This document shows, piece by piece, positions 21,791 through 30,334 of a DNA stretch of 30,334 nucleotides. The first letter of the stretch is position 1. Every line of letters starts with the position of its first letter. The translations under genes were made by a program, and so were the position numbers. The stretch lies in assembly GCF_006345805.1 (NCBI RefSeq), contig NW_021832520.1, positions 1 to 30,334 on the forward strand, in the 5' to 3' direction. A model generated the notes under the pieces. The model was not told where the DNA came from and ran no database searches. It was given only the letters and a program-made list of their open reading frames with translations. This stretch comes from Octopus sinensis. Taxonomy: Eukaryota.

Positions 21791-24700
21791 CTAATGCACT
21801 GTTCTGCCCGATTTTGTAACATACGGTGTGCTCGGGGCACCCGTTGACGGCGAGGGTGGTGTTGTAGGAGCCGGTGAAGGCAAAGGCGTCTGTGCAGGTG
21901 AAGGTGTTTGTGCAGGTGAAGGCGTTTGTGCAGGTGAAAGTGTTGTTAAAGGTGCATAGGTGGGTGTGTCAAGGTTGTCATCAAAAGATGAAGACGTCTC
22001 AAAATGTGCCTTTTTTAAACGGTCCACGGAAACGGTCTCCGAACGACCATTTATCTCAATCGTGAAAACCTTTGGTGTGCGAGACAGCACACGAAAAGGT
22101 CCTTTATAGGGAGAAACAAGTGGGCCCTTCACAGAATCGTCCCGAACAAAAACATGCGACCAGGTGTTCATATCCGGTGGAAGATGGGACGGTGGAGATT
22201 GCTTTCTGGGAAGCATGGGCGGAAGGTTTGAAAAATATTCCCGCAGTCTGGTGACATAGGTCGCCGGATCATGGGGCGGGGAAGTGTCTGGCACCAACAT
22301 CGTACCGGGCAATGCCAGTGTGGTACCATACAGCAGCTCTGCAGCAGAAAACCCCAGGTCTGCCTTGACAGCAGTCCGACAGCCGAGAAGCACAATGGGC
22401 AGAAATTCGATCCAGGACTGTGGGTCCGAAGAGGCACGAAGAGCGGCCTTGAGCTGTCTATGGAACCGCTCAACCAATCCATTAGACGCTGGATGGTAGC
22501 TTGTGGTGTGGATATGGTGCATACCCAAAATTCGCGACAATTCGCGAAATAGCGAGGCCTCAAACTGTCGTCCACGATCAGTTGTCAATCGGGACGGGAC
22601 TCCGAAGCGAGAAATCCAGTTCGAAACGAAAGCTCGCGCAACAGTCTCAGCAGAAATGTCTGCTATCGGAATGGCTTCTGGCCAGCGGGAGAAACGATCG
22701 ACACAAGTTAATAGATAAGAGAACCCGCGACTCACAGGCCATGGTCCAACCAGATCGATGTGGACATGGCGAAAACGGGCCTCCGTGGGGGGAAATTGTC
22801 CAAGCGGGGCACGAACGTGCCGTTGAATCTTGGATCGTTGACACTTGGAGCAGGTGCGTGTCCAAGAAGTAATTGTGCGACGCATATTCGGCCAGAAAAA
22901 CCGAGCAGTGATTAGTTTGAGGGTGGCAGCGATGCCAGGATGTGATAAGGAGTGCAGTGCTTCAAACACTGAGCGTTGATGGGTCTCAGGCACCAGTGGC
23001 CTGGGAGATCCAGTTGAAGTGTCACAAAGAATGGTGCCTTCGGCTGACGGAAGCGGAAGGTAGGAAAACTGGCAACAGGAGAACTTGGGAGAAGTTAAAT
23101 CTAACGACGCCAAAGGTGGCTGCTCCTGCGATATGGCAGCTAAGTCGATAGCAGCAGGAGACGAAAGGGCGCAAACTGGAAGGCGAGAGAGAGCGTCAGC
23201 AGGAACGTTCTCTTTTCCAGGTATGTGTCGAATGTTGCTAGTAAATTGAGAGATAAAATCCAGGTGCCGAAAAGCACGGGGTGAGAGTTTGTCCGTTTTT
23301 GAAAACAGGGCAAACGTAAGGGGCTTGTGATCCGTATAGATCACAAAATCTCGCCCTTCAAGTTGATGCTGGAAATGACGAACCGATAGATAGATCGCTA
23401 GGAGCTCACGATCAAAGGTGCTGTATCGTCGTTCAGCTGGTTGCAGTTGACGGGAAAAGAAGGCTAGAGGTCGAACATGGTCATCCACTGTGTGTTGTAA
23501 CACAGCGCCAATCGCAGTGTCCGATGCGTCCACAGTCAAAGAGAGAGAAGCACCAGGAACTGGATGTGCAAGCAAAGAAACAGAAGCCAGCTCCTTCTTA
23601 ATGGACTCAAAGGCTGTCACTGCCTCAACAGAGAGGGTGACTTGACTGTCCTTTCTAGGAGAGTCCTTTAACAGCCTGGTGAGAGGTAGCAGCTTATCTG
23701 CACAACCGGGAATGAAGCGTCGGTAGAAATTGACCATCCCTAGATAATGCCTGAGCTGGCGCAAGGAAGTGGGGGGTGCGATGCGTTGAATGGCATCGAC
23801 TTTTGACGAGAGGGGGCTGATTCCAGTCGAATCAATATGATGCCCTAGAAAATCTAGGGAAGAGCGTCCGAAAACACACTTGTCGGGGTTTATGCGTATG
23901 CTATACGCGCGAAGACGCTGGAAGAGTTGAGAAAGGTGCCGGAGATGATTTTCTCGTGTGTCGCTCGCAATGAGTATGTCATCGACATAGGCAAACACAA
24001 AATCAAGACCGCGGACAACCTCATCAATGAAACGCTGGAAGGTGCTAGTAGCATTCCGCAAACCGAAACTCATGTACAAAAACTCAAAACACCCAAACGG
24101 GGTAGTGATTGCAGTTTTTGGAACGTCGGCTGGGTTGACCGGTATTTGGTGGTAAGCGCGTATCAGATTGACCTTCGAAAAAAATGGTACAACCATGGAG
24201 ATTTGCTGTAAAGTCCCGGAGATTTCTAATCGGATAGCGATCGGCTATTGTGACGGCATTGAGGCGTCGATAGTCTCCAACCGGGCGAAAATCAGACTCG
24301 CCCTTTCGCGCCAAATGAAGGGGAGATGCCCATGGGCTGGTGGAGGGGCGTATAAGGCCAAGTTGAAGCATGTGCTCAAACTCGGCTCTGGCCGTTTTAA
24401 GTCGGTCTGGCGCTAGGCGCCGGGGGCGTGAGAATACAGGTGGCCCATTGGTGGTGATGAAATGGAGGGTCGAGTGGGTAGGATTTTCCGGTTTAAAGGC
24501 AATGTCCACTAGCTCCGGAAATGAAACTAAAAGAGAGTGAAAAGGGTCTCCAGAGGTGGCAACAAAGAATGTCGGGCTAAGGACCGCAGTGGTGGAACTC
24601 CCAGTCGGTGTAGAGAGCGACGTCGTGCTATCAAGAAGCCTCCGACGCCTGACATCCACCAATAGGTTAAACCTATCCAGGAAATCAGCGCCGAGAATAG

Positions 24701-25064
24701 GATGCGGGATGTCAGCGATGACGAAAACCCATCGAAAGTCTCGACGAAGGTCGAGGTCGAGGCGCAGCGAAATCTGACCGTAAGTGGCTATGGGAGACGA
24801 GTCAATAGCATGCAAGACAATCGAAGAGCGCTTGGGCTTGTCTGCAGCCAGACGAAGGGGCCAGATGCTGCAACAGGAGCCGGTGTCTACCATGAAGAAT
24901 GTCTTCGACACCAGATCTTTTACATAGAATGCACGATGTTTGGGAAACGAGATGGACGAAGGTGACGTGCTCACCTCCTCCGGATTTAGTTTTCCGAGGG
25001 CTTGAAAGTGCACGGCTGGGTACACCGATCTGCCTTTTCGGCATATCTCGAATGGTACCAGCAC
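21791..25064 (-). CDS. pol: Gypsy pol (protease, RT, RNase H, integrase); one frameshift at the A7 run 24178-24184
   Basis: VDTGS; SPWASP, DYRRLN, YVDD; VDASD, ELLA, TDHKPL, ADALSR; HSLSH...CSKC, HIDLVGP, TDRGRQF, GLVERFH, GPF. Confidence 0.95.
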
Positions 25065-25724
25065 CAGCCGGAACGAGAAACAGAGTCACTCCGACTGCGG
25101 GAAATAGAGCTACTGCGACTACGAGATTGGCGTCCGATCGCACGGCACAGATCATCGATCCTCCGCGTAAGCGCGTCGATGTTCTCGGCCAGTTTATCGT
25201 TCGTCGGAGGTGTCGGGGGGGGGCTCTGTGCATGCGTACAGGCCCCGCGAGGGAGATGGGCGCGAAAACTCCAACACTTTGTCGGCCATCGTGGCGATCT
25301 GGTCCACAGACACAGCATCCAGTGCCGTGGCCAACATTGTCTGCACGTGGGCAGGCAGCCTTGAGAAAAATATCTTACGTAAGAGCGGCGCGTCAGCGGC
25401 GTTGCCGCTTAGCTCTCTTAGATGGCGCAGAAATTGGGATGGAGTTCTGTCCCCTAACTGCTCGTCGGCCATCAGTTCATTAAACTGACTTTCTTCTGAG
25501 CGCGTGTTGCGACGGAGGATCTCCGCCTTTACTGACGCATATGTGGCGTCAGGATGGGGACTCACAATGAGATCCCTGACCGATGTTGCGAGCCGGGAGG
25601 GCAAACTTGAAAACAGTAGATGTAACTGCTGTTGTGGCGGAATGGTATGCGCGGCAAAGTGTGATTCCACCTGTGCAAACCACAGGCCCGCATCCCCCGT
25701 AAATGAAGGCAAACCTGAAGCCAT
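24986..25724 (-). CDS. gag: Gypsy gag; one frameshift at the G9 run 25215-25223
   Basis: MASGLPSFTGDAGLWFAQVESHF...LGDRTPSQFLR, continuing in the shifted frame to CWYHSRY...[12 protein letters not shown]. Confidence 0.85.
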
Positions 25725-26079
25725 GCCTTTGTCGGAAGGAGTCTGTGAGAAGGGGGCAGAAGGTATGGTCGAGAAACGGAGAGAGAACACGTGGAACCGA
25801 GAAGGCAATTCAAAATTGTGTTTGTGTGTGCACCTCGTGGGTAGCAAAAAAAAAAGGAATAAGTGTGTACAAGGAAAACAAAATACAGAAAAGGAAAAAA
25901 ATGAATGTGTGTGTGTTTTCTTTTTTTTTTTTTTTTTTGTACTATGTGCGATGAATAAGGTTATTTGACCCACCTCGCCGTGCTGAAAAGGAGAAAATAG
26001 GAAAATAAATGTGAATTTCCGCGCTCTTCGGCCCCAAAAAAACCTGTTCGCTGTGTCTTTTTCTATCCTGTTCTTTTTC

Positions 26080-26097
26080 ATCACGTCGGGGTCACCA
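26080..26097 (-). promoter_or_regulatory. Primer-binding site complementary to tRNA-Trp
   Basis: Minus strand TGGTGACCCCGACGTGAT, 2 nt after the 5' LTR; the + strand equals the 3' 18 nt (ATCACGTCGGGGTCACCA) of metazoan tRNA-Trp as I recall it. Confidence 0.85.
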
Positions 26098-26099
26098 AT

Positions 26100-26517
26100 T
26101 GTGACGTGAAAGGATCTATCATCGAAGCACTGGCAGGGTGTCGAGATCCTTTCTAGTCACATACAAAAATTCTTGTAGAAAACAAACAGACGAAACTCAG
26201 GTTAAAGGTGAACAGACAACTTGGTTTATTGATTCATGGTTGTACGTTGTCTGATGGGGGAATAGACAGCCTCTGAGATACTGCTGGTGTTGGTCGTTGA
26301 GGTTGGTTGAAGTTGGTTGAAGCTGGTGTGTGGCTGTCAGAGCCAGGAAAACCGTGACCGATCGCAGTGCTGTCTTGAGCCGAAGAGAGCGATTTGAGGT
26401 TCGCGGGCTCGAGAGATGTTTTCCCGCACATGCGCATGGGGAAGACTTCCGGTGGCCACCCGGAAGTAGTCCCATTCTGCGCATGCGCGCCGAACACTAC
26501 ACAGTAGCATCACTACA
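26100..26517 (-). repeat. 5' LTR, 418 bp
   Basis: Direct repeat of 21169-21586, adjacent to the PBS. Confidence 0.97.
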
Positions 26518-26521
26518 AACT

Positions 26522-26798
26522 ATTTAGCAAGGCTACAGACATAAAAGCAACCACTCGCTTCGCAAAAATAAAGGAAGACGAGTGGAAGGAGGAAATACTA
26601 CAAGAACATCTAAAGAATAGACTGATAAGAGACGTAACAAAGGAAGTACTGGAGGGTAAACTTGTTATAACCCCGGCAACCACACCTACCCAGAGCCCGG
26701 TGGCAACGCCGGTTAAGAGCCCTGCAGCTACGACCACAAGGGAGGAAGAAGGGGAAGCGGGCAGATTTAAACTGTCATGCTCCCTTTCTCAACCGTAA
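26522..26798 (+). CDS. LINE ORF1, 3' part
   Basis: After removing Gypsy and one AACT the frame reads FKL-FSKATDIKATTRFAKIKEDEWK...SCSLSQP* with no stop. Confidence 0.9.
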
Positions 26799-26825
26799 GT
26801 TCATTTATTTTTTCTCTCACCGACA

Positions 26826-29800
26826 ATGGCTAAGCTGGGTTGTGTGAATGTACGTGGAATGGGGTCGAAATGGAAACAAATTTGTTTCCTGAACGACCTC
26901 ACGACACATGGAGTGGACATAGCTATTGCAACCGAGTCCAAGATGAACGAGGCCCAAGCGTTCTCGCCTCTTCTAAATGGGTTCGAGAAATTTATTTCTC
27001 CTAGCCGAGGAAGAGGCAGAGGCGTGGCAGTCCTTATCAGGAAGAGCTTGGACTTGCAGGTAAGTACTGTTTTTCTGGACCCAGAAGGCAGGCTGGTTGT
27101 TCTGGATGTGACCCACGTAAGTAAACAGTCCTTCAGGTTGGTAGCTGTCTACGCTCCGAATGAGTGGAGGCAGACGGGTTTTTTTCGGAACCTGGAGCCC
27201 TTTTTAGCGACGTCGAAAACGGTAGTCTTAGTAGGGGACTTTAACACTGTCCTTGAAGCGCGCGTCGACAGTGTTGGCTCAACCAATAGGAAGGGGAACC
27301 CTAGCCTCAAGGGTCTACTAGAGAGCTTTGATCTAGTGGACCGTTACCGACTGGATGAGCCGAGCGTTCCACAGTGGACGTGGAGTAACAACGACGGCTC
27401 ACACAGATCGTATTTAGATAGGATATTTATTAAGAAAAGAGATAAGGATACGTTTAGTTGTTTACAGTTTCACATTGTGCCTTACACGGATCACAAATTT
27501 GTGACGTGTAGGATGCAATTAGATAAGTGTCATAGACAGGGACCCGGGTACTGCAAGCTGAACAAGGCTATTTTGAATTGTGAAGACTTCCGTACCCGGA
27601 TTAAGGTGTTAGTACAGAGGGCATTGTGTGGCACCATCATTAACAATAGATGGTGGCACTCCCTCAAAAGAGCCATTCGTTCAGAGTCCATTAGAATTAG
27701 CAATCAGCTAAGGTTAGATAGGAATAGGATAGAGGACGATTTAGTTAAGAATCTAAACGAGGCAATGGAAGCTGGCTCTGCATCCGGAGTGATGGCGGCA
27801 AGAACGGTATTGTACCGTCACCTTAACTCCAAACACGAAGGTTGCAGAGTCAGAGCTAAGCTACGCGCTGGGAAACGAGAAGGTATTAACGTTGCCGGAT
27901 GGGCCCGTCGAGTGGAGAGTCAGAGAGGTAACAAAGCCTCAATCAAGTCTTTAACTGACGAACAGGGACAAAAGATCTATGGACAGGAGGAGATGCAAAA
28001 GTTTCTTCACCAGCATTTCGCCCGCGTGTTCGGGGGTGGTGTGGCGCCGGAGCGGGGGAGGACCTTAAAGGACTTCCTAGCCGGCGGACCGCGGCTCTCG
28101 GGGCGTGAGGTGGAGTGCTGTGAAGAAGCGATCACTCCCGCGGAGATAGAGGGGATACTGGCCGGATGCGCCGGGGAGAAGTCGCCGGGGTTGGATGGTC
28201 TGCCCTACGAGTTTTACCAAAGTATGCCGGACTTGTTCGGGGGAATATTGGCAGGCGTCTACACGAACTGGCAGCAGAATGGGAGAATTCCCAGTTCTGT
28301 AAGCCGGGGAGTGGTGACGCTAATCCAGAAAGACCCGAGCAAGGGGGATAACATTAGTAACTACAGGCCCATAACTCTACTTAATGTAGAGTTAAAGATT
28401 TTGGCCAAGGTGTTGGCAAAAAGGTTGACGGTTGTCGTGGAGAAACTTATAGGGAGAGCACAGACATGTGCAATTCCAGGCAGGTCGATCCAGGACAATC
28501 TTCACCTTATACGCTACACCTTAGATAGGGTGGGTAAATTAACCGGCAAGGCCGGGGTAATGGTCCATTTAGACCGAAGTAAAGCGTTCGATAGGGTAGA
28601 CCATGAGTACCTGGCGACGGTCCTCGAAGCGGCTGGACTGGGCCCTGGATTTCGCGGGTGGATCTCCGCTATGTATAGCGGCATCAAGTCCACCGTCCAG
28701 ATAAACGGTTACCTAACGGAACCGTTTTCGATCGAATGTTCAGTTCGTCAAGGGTGCCCCTTGTCACCACTTTTGTACGTGTTGGCTCTTGAGCCATTGC
28801 TGCGAAAGTTGGAGAGGCTGGGACGTAACTCGGATGACATCGGAGGTGGGAGAACGGTTACTGCTTATGCGGATGACGTCACCCTCATCGTGTCCAATGA
28901 GGCCCAGCTACCTTGTGTGGAAGAGGCTATCAGAGGATACGAGGCGGTGGCAGGAGCAAAGGTTAACAAGGACAAGTCGGTTGGCTTGCGCCTCGGCACC
29001 TGGAGGAGCAAGTCGATATCGTCCAGTGTCGTGGGACACTGGACGGATGGCCCTGTTAAGTTGCTAGGAGTTTGGTTTGGGCCAGACTCCCAAACGGAGA
29101 GGAACTGGAGTGAGGTGACGAGCAAGGTGGAGGCCATAGTACGGACCTGGTCCGGAAGGTTTCTGTCCTTGAAAGGAAGGGCGGAGGTGGTACAGATGTT
29201 CATTGCATCTGTAATCACTTACCGCCTGACCGTTGTCCCTTGCCCCGATTCATGGCTTAGCAAGTTGGAGCGAATCCTTTTCCGCTTTTTGTGGAAGGGA
29301 GGAAAGCCACTTGTGAGGCGCTCCGTTTGCTGCCAGGAACCGTTAAAGGGTGGGTTAGGAATGCCTTGGTTGATGATGCGCAGACATGCGTTGAAGCTGA
29401 AGCATCTCTGGCACCACCTGGAGGGTGATAAGGTGTGGAGTCCGCTGGCAGGGGAATTTTTCCCGAGACCGGCCTCCTTTGTGAATTTTAAACCCGGTCG
29501 CATCAAAAGATGGAAACTGATTTTATGGCAAAAGGAGTGCCGACAGGCACTCACGCTGATCCACAAGGCGGGCAAGGCCGGCTGCGGAAATACCACCTCG
29601 GTATTTTATAGAAGGCTGGTAGAGGCAAAGAACGACGACGTCCTAGGAGGGGCTCTGGGGTTTGACGAAGACCAGCTTACCAACCTGTTTAAAAAGACTT
29701 TCAGGACGGGGTATTTGGATAATTTCCAAAGATCCCTGGCCTGGCAGTGCTATAGGAATGCTTTACCTGTTCGCGAGAAGTTATCGCGGCACGGAATTTC

Positions 29801-30179
29801 AGTGCCACCGACGTGTCCAAGGTGCGAGTTGGACGATGAAACCGTCCAGCACGCTTTTGTACACTGTCGGAAGTTGTCCGACTTGATAAGTTACGCAGAA
29901 CATGTGTTATCGCATCTGGGACGCGTACAGCTGTCGGCTGAGTCTATGATTAAGATGATACCGCCAACTGGACTCTCGAAGGAAGGTGAGGCATGTTTTC
30001 ACTGCACGGTTGCAGTAGTAAAAGAATGCATGTGGCGTACAAGAATGGAAGGAGTCGCGATAGGATCCTTTGTCTCGGGCCCCGGCTTGCTCACTTACTT
30101 CAGATATCATCTGAAGAGCAAAATGGGGCTGGAAAAGAGGATCTTACCACGGGGTGTGTATGAGAAAAGATGGAAGTAA
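26826..30179 (+). CDS. LINE ORF2, 1117 aa, APE endonuclease, RT and C-terminal zinc domain, intact
   Basis: NVRG, VYAPN, GDFN, YLDRIF, TDH; KSPGLDG, YRPITLLN, KAFDRV, RQGCPLSPLL, YADD; CPRC...ETVQHAFVHC. Confidence 0.97.
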   Translation: MAKLGCVNVRGMGSKWKQICFLNDLTTHGVDIAIATESKMNEAQAFSPLLNGFEKFISPSRGRGRGVAVLIRKSLDLQVSTVFLDPEGRLVVLDVTHVSKQSFRLVAVYAPNEWRQTGFFRNLEPFLATSKTVVLVGDFNTVLEARVDSVGSTNRKGNPSLKGLLESFDLVDRYRLDEPSVPQWTWSNNDGSHRSYLDRIFIKKRDKDTFSCLQFHIVPYTDHKFVTCRMQLDKCHRQGPGYCKLNKAILNCEDFRTRIKVLVQRALCGTIINNRWWHSLKRAIRSESIRISNQLRLDRNRIEDDLVKNLNEAMEAGSASGVMAARTVLYRHLNSKHEGCRVRAKLRAGKREGINVAGWARRVESQRGNKASIKSLTDEQGQKIYGQEEMQKFLHQHFARVFGGGVAPERGRTLKDFLAGGPRLSGREVECCEEAITPAEIEGILAGCAGEKSPGLDGLPYEFYQSMPDLFGGILAGVYTNWQQNGRIPSSVSRGVVTLIQKDPSKGDNISNYRPITLLNVELKILAKVLAKRLTVVVEKLIGRAQTCAIPGRSIQDNLHLIRYTLDRVGKLTGKAGVMVHLDRSKAFDRVDHEYLATVLEAAGLGPGFRGWISAMYSGIKSTVQINGYLTEPFSIECSVRQGCPLSPLLYVLALEPLLRKLERLGRNSDDIGGGRTVTAYADDVTLIVSNEAQLPCVEEAIRGYEAVAGAKVNKDKSVGLRLGTWRSKSISSSVVGHWTDGPVKLLGVWFGPDSQTERNWSEVTSKVEAIVRTWSGRFLSLKGRAEVVQMFIASVITYRLTVVPCPDSWLSKLERILFRFLWKGGKPLVRRSVCCQEPLKGGLGMPWLMMRRHALKLKHLWHHLEGDKVWSPLAGEFFPRPASFVNFKPGRIKRWKLILWQKECRQALTLIHKAGKAGCGNTTSVFYRRLVEAKNDDVLGGALGFDEDQLTNLFKKTFRTGYLDNFQRSLAWQCYRNALPVREKLSRHGISVPPTCPRCELDDETVQHAFVHCRKLSDLISYAEHVLSHLGRVQLSAESMIKMIPPTGLSKEGEACFHCTVAVVKECMWRTRMEGVAIGSFVSGPGLLTYFRYHLKSKMGLEKRILPRGVYEKRWK

Positions 30180-30334
30180 GTGGAAAAAAAGGTGGGTGTC
30201 AGAAACCCAGCTTAACTATGGAGGGAGGAGAGGAAACAAAAGCTGCGGGGCCTTATAAATTGCCGGGGTTAAAAGATCGAAAGTTTATGTAATGTTATAA
30301 TATTCTATTGGTCATGTAAAGGACAATTTACAGA

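Larger units (their letters stand above)
21169..26517 (-). mobile_element. Full-length Ty3/Gypsy LTR retrotransposon, 5349 bp
   Basis: TG...CA LTRs, 4-bp TSD AACT (21165-21168 and 26518-26521), PBS, PPT, gag, then PR-RT-RH-IN order. Confidence 0.97.
19831..30334 (+). mobile_element. Tx1/L1-clade LINE, near full length, interrupted by Gypsy; 5' boundary approximate, 3' tail outside the window
   Basis: ORF1 with CCHC knuckle, 27-nt spacer, intact EN-RT-zinc ORF2. Confidence 0.9.

Noticed and set aside
21874-25968. Many short plus-strand or off-frame ORFs within Gypsy and LINE ORF2
   Set aside because: Expected in GC-richer coding DNA; no motifs.

Overview
AT-rich animal genomic DNA, most likely octopus (inferred from the C2H2-ZNF tandem cluster and SINE types I recall from octopus sequence; not database-checked). 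Left two-thirds (about 1.4-18.2 kb): a tandem array of ~6-kb duplicated units with three effector-less C2H2 zinc-finger ORFs (373, 442 and 235 aa). The units share 5' and 3' flanks and contain relict fingers, two SINEs, three MITE-like inserts, CR1-like and RTE-like LINE fragments, and a degenerate Penelope-type hammerhead motif. Right third: a decayed Helitron helicase fragment, then a near-intact Tx1/L1-type LINE. Its ORF1 is split by a young, antisense 5349-bp Ty3/Gypsy element (418-bp LTRs with 2 differences seen, AACT target duplication, tRNA-Trp primer site). Most notable: a nine-fold homogenised finger array, a possible LINE target site matching the ZNF upstream block, the nested insertion with palindromic promoter motifs beside intact ORF2, a gag-pol -1 frameshift signal, the hammerhead-like motif and a 43-bp exact Helitron/Gypsy match. 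No new system is proven; functional ideas are hypotheses.
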